Part shown: positions 27,052 through 40,740 of the stretch, one piece after another
Numbering within the stretch: the stretch's first letter is position 1
How the letters are laid out: each line of letters starts with the position of its first letter
From: Octopus bimaculoides
Lineage: Eukaryota
Direction: 5' to 3'
Assembly (NCBI RefSeq): GCF_001194135.2
Contig: NC_068981.1
Span: 146,691,102 to 146,755,101 of the forward strand
Length of the DNA stretch: 64,000 nt
The notes under the pieces: generated by a model
Database searches by the model: none
Seen by the model: the letters and a program-made list of their open reading frames with translations, nothing else
What the model was told of the DNA's origin: nothing
Made by a program: the position numbers and the translations under genes

Positions 27052-28154
27052 CCATCTGACAAAGGCATGCATGGAATAATGGGTTTTAACTGATGATGGT
27101 GCCACATAAAAAGCACTGGTGCTGCTGCCACATAAAATGCACCCAGAACACTCTGTGGAGTGGTTGGTGTTAGGAAAGGCATCCAGCCATAGAAACCAAG
27201 CCAAAATAGGCTATGGAACCTGGTGTAAGGCCCTGGCCTTGCCAGTTCCTGTCAAGCTGTCCAACCCATACCAGCATGGAAAAAACATGTTAAATTATAA
27301 CAATGAAGATGATGACGACAACAACGACAATGATGATGATTTTCATCCTGGAATGAATTTGACAGTTTGTCTCAGTCCAAATCACCTCCTGTTCACAGAG
27401 ACTAGGTGGTGCTCATGTGCATCATTTGGTTTGGTTTCGAAGCTTGATGCTCGTGAACAAAAGAAAAAAGAAAAAGAAAAATTTGTTAAAATTTGTCAGT
27501 AAAGTTATTTTTATCTTTGGCTGAAATAAAAATTCATAAAATATATATCCTAAAGGAATACTCTAACCCAAATTTAAAAATATATGATTTCTTACCAATT
27601 TTTGTGAATTATGATCTATTCAAATACTTGTAAGCAAATTTTCAAGTCTATTAAATATTTGGCACACTCAAAAATTATATTTACTATACAGGAATAGACA
27701 AGGTGGCAAGATGGCAGAATCATTAGCATGCAGGGCAAGATGCTTAACAGCATTTTGTCCATCACTATTTTCTGAGTTCAAATTTCTCCATAGTTGACTT
27801 TGCCTTTCATCCTTTCAAGACCGATAAAATAGTACCAGTTGAACACTGGGGTCCATTTAATTGACTTGGTCCCCACCCCCAAAACTGCTGCCATTTCAGC
27901 CAAAATTTGAAACCAATATGTTTTTTCCATGCTGGTAGGGGTTGGACAGCTTGACAGGAACTGGCAAGGCCAGGGCCTTACACCAGGTTCCATAGCCTAT
28001 TTTGGCTTGGTTTCTATGGCTGGATGCCCTTCCTAACACCAACCACTTCACAGAGTGTTCTGGGTGCATTTTATGTGGCAGCAGCACCAGTGCTTTTTAT
28101 GTAGCACCATCATCAGTTAAAACCCATTATTCCATGGTTGCCTTTGTCAGATGG
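27052..28154. repeat. Local inverted duplication, 237-bp arms (27052-27288 and 27918-28154)
   Basis: 6 mismatches in 237 bp by manual alignment. Confidence 0.9.
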
Positions 28155-28340
28155 GCAGAGAGGGCGTGTCATTGATGAGGTTGTAATGAAAGGACTTTGG
28201 AAAGCATAACTGATTGATTGTTTGACTGAGTGATTACTCAAACGATTTATTAGTTAATAGATTGAATAGTTAACCAATTGATAAATAAAGAACTAGTGTG
28301 TGTGTTTGTTATTGGCATAATGACATTCTTGAGATACAAC

Positions 28341-28387
28341 AAAATCAATACACACACATCATCAGACAATTTAAATATATATTTATT
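28341..28387 (-). terminator. Likely ABCC4 polyadenylation signal
   Basis: AATAAA (minus strand, 28387-28382) followed 25-40 nt later by a GU/U-rich element (TGTGTGTGTATTGATTTT); a second AATAAA at 28251-28246. Confidence 0.5.
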
Positions 28388-28723
28388 TAATATACATTTC
28401 TTCACATAAATGTAATTTTGTTATCTAAATCTTAGAGAAATATCTCGATAATGATATATTTATATGAAACAATAAAAGAATACTTCCAAATACAAAGTAA
28501 TTTTTTTTTTTTCTTTTCTTTTCTTTTTTCATGTAAAAATATTTTCGATATAAAATTTAATATAGAATGTTAAATGTTGAAGTAAAATATCTTAAAAAGT
28601 AGTTCTGAATTTCTAGTCTGTAAAACATAAGTTCCATTGAAACATTTTTTTCATTTTTTTGTGGGTTAGGATTGTTGAGAGGCTGCTTTGGTTTTGTAAT
28701 GTTCTTCAGTGTACCTATACTAT

Positions 28724-28960
28724 TTAAATAGTAATTGATGCAACACTTCCGTTCATTTCATCAGACTTAAAACGCTTGTGAATGCTATTTGAAGTTGATA
28801 TTTCCTCATTTTTTTTATTCATGGCACTTTCAGCTATTGCTGTTAAATGTTCTATTTCAGAAGGTCCAGTCTGTTGAACCATGTCGTAGAAATATCCCTC
28901 TTTAGACTTGAGAAGGTTATATGGCATGTCAAATTGCACAATGTGTCCTTCTTCCAAGAC
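28724..28960 (-). CDS. ABCC4: ABCC4-like terminal coding exon (VLEEGHIVQFDMPYNLL...GSVASITI*)
   Basis: tttcag acceptor, TAA at 28726-28724, 237 nt. Confidence 0.93.
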   Translation of the reverse strand, partial: VLEEGHIVQFDMPYNLLKSKEGYFYDMVQQTGPSEIEHLTAIAESAMNKKNEEISTSNSIHKRFKSDEMNGSVASITI

Positions 28961-29187
28961 CTGAAAAGAGAAAATCCATATTAGAAATCTGAAGCAAGCA
29001 AACTAGAAAAGTTACAAAATCTTCCATAGTCTTATTTAATATTCATAACAAACATCAAAAGGTGAAGACAGAAAAAAGGATGAACAATGTTAATGAGGAC
29101 AGAATAGTTAGTTGAGCAGTGGGAAGGAGAAACATGAATAATCATGAGACTAAAGAGATAAATACATACATTGTGAAATGAATATCA

Positions 29188-29720
29188 GATGTAAAAATGC
29201 ATAAAGGATGAAGCTTGCTTCCCAGCTGCATGGTTTCGGGTTCAGTCCCACCGCGTGGCACCTTGGGCAAGTGTCTTCTGCTATAACCCCGGGCTGACCG
29301 AAGCCTTGTGATTGAATTTGGTAGGCGGAAGTTACTGCCGTGTGTGTATACATCTGTGTATGTGCTTGTGCCTCTCTCCCAGAGAGTGAGAGGGGGGAAG
29401 TTTTCTCTAATTTTGTGACCCTTAATTGGCAATCTGTTACTTGTTGTTTGAGGTAAGCTTTAATAGTATTCAGATTGTTTATATAAAAAGCATTTCTTAG
29501 TATTCTTTTCTACTCTAGGCACAAGGCCTGAAATTTTTTTTGGGGGGGGGCAGTCGATTAGATTGACCCCAGTACGCAACTGGTACTTAATTCATCGTCT
29601 CCAAAAGGATGAAAGGCAAAGTCAACCTCAGCGGAATTTGAACTCAGAATGTAAAGACAGACGAAAATACTGCTAAGCATTTCGCCTGGCATGTTACCGA
29701 TTCTGTCAGCTCACTGCCTT
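29188..29720. mobile_element. Family A SINE (plus, partial) and family B SINE (minus) in the last ABCC4 intron
   Basis: GGTTCAGTCCCACCGCGTGGCACCTTGGGCAAG; AAAGGATGAAAGGCAAAGTCAACCTC. Confidence 0.75.
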
Positions 29721-30851
29721 AGCATTTCTTAATATTGTATGAGAAAAACAATACAGCACCCCTGACTTTCAGAAACATTTTCTTATGCTTAGAATTGCTG
29801 AAGCATGGACTAAACTACCTGCATCAGGTGTTAAGCTGTCAGGACACTGCATCTTTCAAGACTTCCATGCTTCCTGAAATTCTCCAGCAGTACACCTGAT
29901 ACCCCACCCCCCGTTTTTTTTTTTAATGGAAATGAAAATTTATCCTATCAACAGCCAGCAAGAACACCAGAAGCATTTCAGCCTCTTTAGTGCCTTTACA
30001 ATGGTGTGTACTTGTAACCAGTCACATGCTTGGACAAGAATTTGCCACCTCTGATATAGGAAAAAGTAAGACATTCACTGATGCTGAAAATGGCTACCCA
30101 GCGGAATAAAAATCTGGTATAAATAATTGAGGCAATATTTAATTAAAATAGTTATTTGTGTATCATACTTAATGTGTACACTCTGTCAGTAGGCTAGTTA
30201 CTACTTCTTAATCTTGAGATAACATCTCTTAAGGATTTGCTGTTAAAAACACAATAAATATCAGATGAAAATTTGTCTCAGCAGAACCAGTAAGAACACT
30301 AGATCCATTTCAGCCTTTTTGAAGGCTTTTTTCAATGGCATGTACTTGCAACCAGCTACATATTTGGATGAGAATTCGTTGCCACTGATATAAATCTACT
30401 CAGTCAGGACTAACCTGGGACTACACAATAACAACAATAATTTTAATATTATGTAACCTCCTTGTGGGTCAAACAACTGAAGAATCACAATATGACCTAT
30501 ATAGAAAGAGTGCAGGTGTGGTTCTCACTCTCTATAATATTTCTCTATATTTACTTAGCAATTTGCTTGCTACCATATTATAAAGTTACTGTCAAGCTAT
30601 ACTTCACTGATGAAGCCAAAATAAGATCAAAATACATTTTGAGTTACCTCTCTTATCTGCTGGAAATGCAAAAAAAAAAATTTATATATATTAATAGTCA
30701 TCAATTAATATTGTTTGATTTATTCACTGCATATTTCATGCTACTTTAGCCAGCATTAAATAACTCTACTTACAACTGTTTATTATGAGAATAGGAAGTG
30801 ATGAGGAGTGTTAGAATTAATTGATTTCTCATGATATTTATAAAATTGCTA

Positions 30852-31061
<210 letters not shown>

Positions 31062-31109
31062 TCATAATTACATTTTGAGAGAAGCCCTTTACTGTAGACA
31101 AAATTTTTT

Positions 31110-31273
31110 TAAAGCAGTTGTTTACTGTCAACTTAATGTGACAGACTCATTAAGGGAATCATACTGCTGCTATTTAGCCCTAGGAAGCTAGACCGCTTCC
31201 TAGGGCTAAATAGCAGCAGTATGATTCCCTTAATGAGTCTGTCACATTAAGTTGACAGTAAATAACAGCTTTA
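31110..31273. repeat. Palindrome with perfect 68-bp arms and a 6-nt loop
   Basis: 31121-31188 is the exact reverse complement of 31195-31262; loop TAGACC; extends 11 bp further with 2 mismatches. Confidence 0.95.
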
Positions 31274-33658
31274 TCGCAACACTGCTGCTTGTATCTGTCT
31301 GTGAGATTTATAATTAGATCATTTCTAAAATCTTTTTAGGCTCAGTACTAACAGAAATATTTTTCTTAAAAAAAGCACTTTGCTGCAAAAAGGAGTGAGG
31401 TGTGTATTTTATTCCTTATCTTTCCATTAAGAACTGCTAAGCTGCCAGAATGTTTATTTATGTGAAACATAAACAACATCAGGGCTACCCAAGAAGAGTT
31501 AATGCTAAGTTACACAAGGTTTACACATACACACAAATAATATATACATATAAATACACATACATCCACATATTGTGTGTGTGTGTGTTTATAAATGAAT
31601 GTGTTCACTATGTACAAAGTGTCCTTTGTTTCCAATCTTCTATGAAAACATGCTAAGTCATCATCATCATCATCATTTAGCATCTGCTTTCCATGCTGGC
31701 ATGGGTTAGATGGTTTGCCTGAAAACTGGTAAGCTGGAGAGCTGCACCAGGTTCCAATCCAATTTGGCATGGTTTCTGTGGCTGGATGCCCTTCCTAACA
31801 GAAACCACTCCAAGACGAATAATACCTTGTTTGGAAATTGGTGAGGAATGGTGACAGGAAGAGCTTCAAGCTGTTGAAAATCTGTCTCAGCAAATTCTAA
31901 GAGGATATCACAATGATGATGATAATGATGATATTAACATATATATCATCATTATCATCATCATCATCGCTTAATGTCCACCTTCCATGCTGGCATGGGT
32001 GGGACGGTTTGACAGGTGCTGGCCAGGCATAAGCCTGTACCAGACTTCTGTGACTGTTTTGGCAGGATTTTTACAGTTGGATGCCCTTCCTAACACCAAC
32101 CACCCAACAGAGTGGACTTAGTGCTTTTTACATGGCACAAGCACAGGTGATGTCAGTTTTGGGAAGGTTTTTACAGCTGGATGCCCTTCCAAATCCCAAA
32201 CACTTTACAGTGTGGATTGGGTGCTTTTTAAGTAGCACCTGCATTGACAGAGTCACCAAGTAACCTGCAAGTTAAAAATCTTTTGAGAGGGGAGGGGGGC
32301 ATTGGAGGAGGTAATCTTGTATCAGGTGATGAAAAGTTATAGTGAGACAGAGAGACAGTAACAGGTATCTTGCTGTAGAAGAGGTACAAAGTTACCTAGT
32401 CAGAGAGAGAGAGAGAGAGATCAGGAATGAAGACAGAAACAGGTGTGCTGCTGCAACGGAGATGCATGGTTACCCAACCTGAGGGAAGAGAAGGAGAGAG
32501 AGAGAGACAGCAGGCGACGGTGGCAAAGAGCTGGGTATACTCACAAGGGATGGGGATCAGAATATAAATGAGATGGTCAAGTAAAAGCAGAGAGATGTAG
32601 ATGGTGGCAAGTGCCAGGGCATACCATTGAGATTCGAAGGTTATAATATAAGGGGCAGGATATTGCCAAAGAAGCTTGATTAGAGAGTGAAAGTTAGTGG
32701 TGAAAACCTGGTAGACGAAAACTTAAAGAAGCCCATTGTGCGCACATGTTTGTGTGTGTGTGTGCATACACACGTGTTCACAATTGTGTACATGTCTTTG
32801 TATCTCTGTCTGTCCCTCACCATTTGGTAATCAATGTTGGTGTGTTTACATCCCTGCAATTTAGCAGTTCAAGAAAAGAAACTGATAGAATAAGTATCAA
32901 GCTTAAAAAAAAAATAAATACTGGGGTCAATTCATTTGACTAAAATTTTTCAAGATAGTGCCCCAGCATGGCCACAGTCTAGTGTTTGAAATAAAGGAAA
33001 GACATAAGTGCAGCATAGCCAAATGGTTAAAGGTTTGCTTTGTAACCACACATTCATGGCTTTGACCCTACTGTGTGGAAACTAAGGGAAATATCATTTT
33101 CCATAGCCACAGATTGACCCATGAATTGTTAATGAAAATGTGTAAGTACAAACTGCATTGAAGCCCATCAGGTTTCTGTACAGTTTCACTGTGTTGTGAT
33201 GATTCTGCCTGAGAATTATGTTGAGGGTACACATATCAGTAGAATATTCATTCACTTGTATGTTAATTCAGGACTGAACTACTGAATCCTCATCATCAAA
33301 CAATCAAGATCCATTTTACAAACACACACACACACGTGCACACACATATGCACACACACACACACAAACACACATCTGGAGCAAAGTATGGCTGAACTTG
33401 GGGCCTGGAGAGAGAATGCAAATTCTTAATTCAAACAACAAATGATCACAATATCTGACACTATAAAAATCTGCAAGACCTTCATACACAAACATACATT
33501 TACAATGGGTTTATGTCCAGTTAATGTTTATCAAATTCCACTTACAAGATATTAGTCAACTTAAGACTATAAAAGAAGACACTAAGGTGCCACAAAATGA
33601 GATTAAACTTACCTACAACAATTGAGTTGCAAAGCAAACTTGCTTAACTAAGCATTTA

Positions 33659-33901
<243 letters not shown>

Positions 33902-34292
33902 CTATATTTTTAAGAAAATTGTTTGAAATTTATGAAAGAAAACTAAAATGATAGAAAAAAATCAAACAAGTAAGAATATTTATTAGCATAAAAAGTAGTA
34001 AGAGAAATATCAATCATTCCCAACCTTTCTTCTAAAATGTGAGTAGCCATGTAGGTCCACAACAGCAAGAAAGCTGTTCTGCTCTGGCCCCTTCTCTCAT
34101 ATTTTTACCAATTTGTTACTCCTCATCTTTTAAGCATAAAGTTGCCTTCTCCACATTGCATGACAACTAGTGCTGGTGGCAAGAGAAAAGCATCCAGTAC
34201 ATGCTGTAAACTGGTAAGCATTAGGAAGGGTATACAGCCATAGAAGCAATGCCAACGCAGACACAAGGTCAAAAGAAAGTAAATAACCATCA

Positions 34293-34412
<120 letters not shown>

Positions 34413-35419
34413 CTATAAAAGAACAAACACAGAAAGAATAGTTAATCTATAAAAATGCTTTATAAAGAAGCTATCTCAATGATGATACTTGCTATTATAA
34501 ATGATATTTGTAAAGTGTGCAGGATGATAGTAACAGTAGTTTAACAGAATAAATGCCTTGTGGCATTTGGGTATGATTTAAGTTCAAATTCTTTTGGGAT
34601 GGCTGCCTTTCACCTCTCTGAGAACGATAGAATAACTACCACTTGCTCAAAGTAGTTACAGTAAGAAGTCAATTTATATATAGAAAATGTCACCCACTCC
34701 GCACCTGAAGAGAATCAAAAGGAATGTAAAAGAATATTCTGTTACCCAAAATCCCAAAGAATATTCTTCTTCCTCGTGTTGTATTTACTGCTTGACCACC
34801 TAACTCTGACCCCTCTCTCTCTTCGATTTACCACTTGATTCGCCAACACTCCACCCACCCCCTATCCTAACCCCATATAAACCAGTGCATGCTCTGTTTC
34901 CCCTACTTGATATTCAATTCCTCTGCTGATAGAATATGAATTTCAGAAGATGCTCAGATAAGAAATTTTGTCTTTTCAACCTCGTTCATGTACTCCTGTT
35001 TCTGCGTAGATCATAAACCCCCACCCCCATTCATTCTTTATTATCATTCAATTTCTTTACCATGTAAACATAGTTCTCATAGCTTTGTCTTCCTTGTTTG
35101 TCTTAAGTTAATCGTCACATTTTATTTATTCTATTCAAGTTTATCATTTCGTTAATCCATTCTCTCTAAATTTGTCTAACCATAGTATACAAGTGCAGAA
35201 GATGCTCTCATTTAAACTTGCTGGATCAGGGTACAACCGCCCTCCCACCCCCTCCACCTTCGCCGGAAGTTCCTATCCTCTGTCATCCTTGGTTGTCTCT
35301 CACAAACACTTCTAAGGGCCTAATGCCATCCCCACCCCTACCTAAGGTTTATCGATCATATAGGGCATAAAAATGGTGTTGTGTATGCAGGTTGTAGGCT
35401 ATTGCCAGGGGAGCACTAA

Positions 35420-35860
35420 CAGCACCATCCGAGTGGGATCACTGCCAGAGCAGCTGTCTGGCTTCCGTACTGGTGGCACGTAAAAAGCACCATTTGAGCG
35501 TGATTGTTACCAGCGTCGCCTTACTGGCACTTGTGCCAGTGGCATGTGAACAAAACATTCGAGCGAGGTCGTTGCCAGTGCCGCTGGACTGACTCCTGTG
35601 CAGGTGGTACGTAAAAAGCACCATTTGAGCGTGGCCATTGCCAGTACCGCCAGACTGGCCCTCATGCCGGTGGCAGGTAAAAGCACCCATTACACTCTTG
35701 GAGTGGTTGGCGTTAGGAAGGGCATCTAGCTGTAGAAACTCTGCTAGATTAAATTCGAGTCTGGTGCAGCTATCTGGTTCGCCAGTCCTCAGTCAAATCG
35801 TCCAGCCCATGCTAGCATGGAAAGCAGACGATAAACGATGATTATGATGATGATGATGAA
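35420..35860 (+). mobile_element. RTE-tail repeat (family C, long form)
   Basis: Tandem GGCACGTAAAAAGCACC modules followed by a (GAT)n tail. Confidence 0.8.
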
Positions 35861-37021
35861 CATCACCAGGGAGTCCTAGATCTAGTAACAACACATCCCA
35901 CCATTGTACAAATACAATAAACTTTTCAAGGACCTCAATGTTAAAGTGCTTCCTGTCAACACCATTTTATTTCTGGTATCTATTTCTGTTTTATTGAACA
36001 TATTTCTCTAGATTGTTAGCAGCATTTCATCCATCTTAGCAGCATTTCATCCATCTATATATTCTGGGTTCAAATTCCATTGAGGTCAACTTTGCCTTTC
36101 ATCATTTCAGGGTCAATGAAATAAGTATCAGTTGAACACTGGGGTGAATGTAAATGACCATCCTCCACCCAACAAGACTTTAGACCTTATGTCTGTAGTA
36201 GAAATGATATTAGTCAATGATTTATTTATTGTTTATTTATTAATAATCTACTAAGTGAAAGAGAATTTGGTCTTGAATTGAGATATTTTAGCATCATCTA
36301 TAAATACCAGCAATCCAAGTGATATTGGGATTTGTGGATCCGGAGCAGGAGTAGAGTTATCATATTGCATCATCCTTTCATTAATGAATTAAAATTTTTA
36401 AAAAACAACCCATTAATTTAGTGATGTATTTTAAATGTAAAGTCTCTGCATGCAGGTGGACTTAGGAAGGGAGACTAATTATTGCAATAAGAGTAAATAA
36501 CACTAATTTGTTTGATTTTACAAAACCTTTCAATGCAGAAGATAAAGTCATAACTCATATTTTTTTTTTTCTAATGGGAGCTGAGCAGCTGAGATGTTGC
36601 AGAGACTAACTGGAGTACAAGTTCAGTTCTGAGATAGGAAATCAATGACCAGAATATCTTGCAAGCATATAAGAAGACCCCTATGTGTAATCAACTTAGT
36701 TGTATTCAACCTACTTTGGTAAGTAAAAGTGACATGGCAATAGGCAAAAATCAGTAACAATAGATAAAAAAACACATTCACAATATACACCAATAATCAT
36801 TATGTCATATCCATAAATTTCATCTAAATTCATGCAATAGGCATTATATTTTTATGACTTTTATACTGGGTTAACTGTATTTCATCAAAATCTCTAAGTT
36901 TCTAATAGGACTGGTAGATTTATATAGAGAAAGCACAGCTGGACTTAAAAAGATGAATTGTACATATACATAAAAAATAAAAAATTGAAAATATTCACAA
37001 AGCATTAAAAAGTAAGAGTTA

Positions 37022-37300
<279 letters not shown>

Positions 37301-37370
37301 TCAACCCCAAAGGTCAGTCCAGCTTCTTTACAAATAGAATCAAACCCTGGGAAAATAATGATTGTGTGCC

Positions 37371-37596
37371 TTAATCCTTTCATTACTGTATTTTGAGATG
37401 CTCTGGGTTTCTTTCAATTAATTTTAAACATAACAAAGAATTTAGTAAAATAACTTAGTTGTCATTAAGCTAGTGTTAGGAGCATAAATTGTGACTAAAG
37501 GTTGGTGGAAGATTTTAATTCAAAACTAAAGGAAACAAGACATTTGCACTACAGAGCCAGAGGTGGTTTCAGCTGGGTTGGTATCGAAAGGGTTAA
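37371..37596. mobile_element. piggyBac-type MITE
   Basis: TTAATCCTTTC...CGAAAGGGTTAA; TTAA at both ends. Confidence 0.6.
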
Positions 37597-37732
37597 TGAC
37601 AATATAATGATGCTGATAATGATGGCGATGGATAATGATGATAATTATGATGATGATGATATTTAAATTAGAGAAATTATAAGAAAGAAATTGAAGTAAA
37701 ATCTAGGAGAATGTTCAAAGAAAGTTTCTTAC

Positions 37733-37930
37733 CTTTTCTTGAGATGCAATCATAAAGTCAAGATGTTTCAAAACAAAATCTGCATTTTCTGAATACTTCA
37801 ATGATAAATTTCGAGCTGAAATAGCCCCTCTTTGGGGCCAGTCATCAGGTGGTTTCTGAGAAGGCTCTGAGTCTAAGCTAGCTTCTGTTGGTAATTTAGA
37901 ATATTCAATAACACGTTCAACAGCTACAAT
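37733..37930 (-). CDS. ABCC4: ABCC4-like exon (IVAVERVIEYSKLPTEA...WPQRGAI...FVLKHLDFMIASQEK)
   Basis: ttgtag/gtaag, 198 nt. Confidence 0.95.
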
Positions 37931-38526
37931 CTACAAAAATAAAGAAACAATGTAGTTAGTTAAATCAGCTCCAGTACTTAACTGGTACTGATTTTATTGT
38001 CTCTGGTAGGATGAAAGGTAAAGCTAACCATGCCAAGATTTTAACTCATAATACAGAAACTCAGGTCAGGTGTAGGAGCACGGACCATTGTAGCATGTTG
38101 CAGCATTCACCATTTGTCAGTATATTCCCGGACCCTTTCGGGCATCCTGTATCCTGTTGAGCAGAGCCCTAGTCAGTCACCATCTCTGCAAGATATCTCC
38201 TCATCTGCCATGACCATGTGGTTGGCCAACATAAGCCATCAACCCAACTAGATCCTCAGTGGAGAGAACATGGTAAGCGGGGTCTAACTCAAAAAATCGA
38301 GCAAATCATACAAGTAATAGGATGCATAATAATATACAACAACAAAACTAAATACCACAAGGTATTCCTTGCTATTCTACTGGTTCTGCCAGTCAGTCTC
38401 CGCTGCAAAAGAATAATTCTTAATACTTGAAACTGAATATGGTTGCACAGCAATGCAGTTAAAAAGTTTGGTTTACATTCACAGGTTCTGAGTTTTGATT
38501 CTACTATGAGGTACCTTGTACAGGTA

Positions 38527-38754
38527 TTGGGTTGCCCAGAAAGTCTGTGCCGATTTTTAAAGGAAAGAAAAAGGTCAATAAATATTTGCCATTACATTTT
38601 TAATCAACCAAATATGAACCATTTTGTTGCACAATGTGTCTCCATCTTTCCTTTAACTTGAAAATACCCTCTTCCCACAATTGAGGTGGTTTCATGGCAA
38701 ATAAGTCAAAAGGTAAGCTACTATAAATCGGCACAAACTTTCTGGACAACCCAA
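38527..38754 (-). mobile_element. Mariner MITE retaining the transposase C-terminus
   Basis: TA flanks; TIR TTGGGTTGYCCAGAAAGTYTGTGCCGATTT; internal KPPQLWEEGIFKLKERWRHIVQQNGSYLVD*. Confidence 0.85.
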
Positions 38755-39810
38755 TATTTTCAAACATAGCTTTGATTTGACCCAACCCTTGTGTGGAAAA
38801 CTGGTTTGGTAGAAATTGAGCCAGTTTTCCACACTGTATCAGGATGGACTGTCATATACAAATACATAAGTCTATCTGAAAATTATGTTAAGATACAAGT
38901 GTCTGTGGAACACCCAGCCACATTATTCAATAAATAAATACTTCCAGTAATTTAACAACTGGAACACAGAAATTCCTTTCTTAGATTCCTTTCTGCTGTT
39001 CTAAATATCCATCATTAAGTGCAATAAGTCATATAATGAAAATAGCATATACACTCTTTCAAACACAAAATCTGCTTAAGCTCCTTCCCAAGTCGTATAG
39101 ATTCATAGGTTTGGTTTCCCAGATTCTCTGGTGTATATACTCCCACTGGATAGGATGCCAGCCCATCACAGGATTACTCATTTTTGCCAGCTGAGTGGAA
39201 TGGAGCAACATGAAATGAAGTGTTTCTTTAAAGAACACAATGCAATGTCCAGTCCAAGAATTGAAACCACAATCTTATGATGATGAGCCCAACACTCTAA
39301 CCACTATACTATGCTCCTTCACTTCAAAACCTACTGATGTAGACCAAATATTTTCTTTCTCAGGGCTTAGTCAAAGGAGGAAGGGCGATGCCCATGACCG
39401 TTTGCAAGGCTTCCAAGATATGTGAGGAAAAGGGAGGAGTTAGCTTCAGAACCAGTTCAAATACAGTGGACAGCACTAAGAGCGTCTAAGGGCCAAACAA
39501 TAATGTTGAAGTGGTTAAGGGACAAGTACCAAGATCATGTAATGTGAGTCTACCCAAAAGGCTTGGGTTGGTTTTAGGTTATATGAAAGAAGACATTTGC
39601 CCTTCAATATATTAGACCTCTTCAATAGACCATTCACTTCTGTAGTTTTTAATGTCCCCAGCATTAAATATGTGAACACTTTTTTTAACTATTCTTTATT
39701 TACACTTTGGCTTTTATATAACATTTCAAAAAGTATGAATGTTATGCATTTCTTTTAAAGGGCAAATACATAATTTTTTTTTACCTGAAAACTGATAAAT
39801 ATATACTTAC

Positions 39811-39911
39811 ATTGTTTTCAACATCAACTGTCTGTCTTATGAACCACTGGAACATACCAGTTAATACAAAAGAATAACTCACAGACAAACCAACAGTTCC
39901 AGCATCTAATC
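39811..39911 (-). CDS. ABCC4: ABCC4-like exon ([33 protein letters not shown])
   Basis: ttccag/gtaag, 101 nt, phase 1/0. Confidence 0.94.
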
Positions 39912-40740
39912 CTGGAAAACAGTTTTAAACAATACAGGTTAGTATTCTAATGAAATATTATATTAAAAAAAAAAATTCATAAAGATTTGTTGAATTAACA
40001 GAATATACTATTTATATTCTATTATTATTCTTATTTATTTTCTTCAACCACCATATTGTATGCTGTTCAGTCCCCAAACTATTTCTAATTGAACAGATCT
40101 ACAATTAATTATATTCAAGGCAAGAAAATTCAATATTTGTTTTTCCAGACATTATATTATCCAGTACATCTTTTTTAAGATGGTAGGGTGAGGTTTGAGA
40201 GAGAAATATATCTTCTATTTCTAGCAGGTCAAGCAACACATAGTGATTCCTTTATTGACTGGCTCCCTTGTTTCACCTCTCACCACATTCATCATCATCA
40301 TTATCAACCTTTAATATCCTCCTTCCAAGCTGGCATGAGTTGGATGGATTAACAAGATCCAATGAATCAAAGAACTGCTTCACATTCCAGAGTCTGCTTC
40401 GGCATGGTTTCTATGGCTGTATGTCCTTTCTAACACCAACCACTTTATAATGCACTCAGAATTCTTTACAGAGTGTACTGGGAGCCTTTTACATAGTATT
40501 GACACCAGTAAAGTCACCAAGTAACTTGCAAGACACAAAAAGAAAGCCCATCATCTGAATGGGAGTGAAGTGAAGAGGGAAATAGCTTTATGTCAGGTGT
40601 TGAGAGGGTAAATAAATTATAATAGAGGAACAGGAAAAGGTGTCTTGCTGTAGTGGAGATACATAGCTACCGCACACATTTCATTGAATATTATTTTTTT
40701 TTATACATCATTACTGAGGTATTGTTTAGATATTATTTAG

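Noticed and set aside
30600-30640. Other CTGATGA/CTGAAGA heptamers in the window (for example near 30607, 41093 and 46397)
   Set aside because: They lack a stem II followed by GAAA and the stem I pairing.
34688-35340. Possible LTR or degenerate hammerhead/pLTR (CTGAAGA at about 34705, CAGAAGATGCTC twice, TATAA)
   Set aside because: No complete core with paired stems and no TSD; too degenerate to support.
36017-36056. Exact 20-bp tandem duplication TAGCAGCATTTCATCCATCT
   Set aside because: A simple slippage duplication inside a SINE head.
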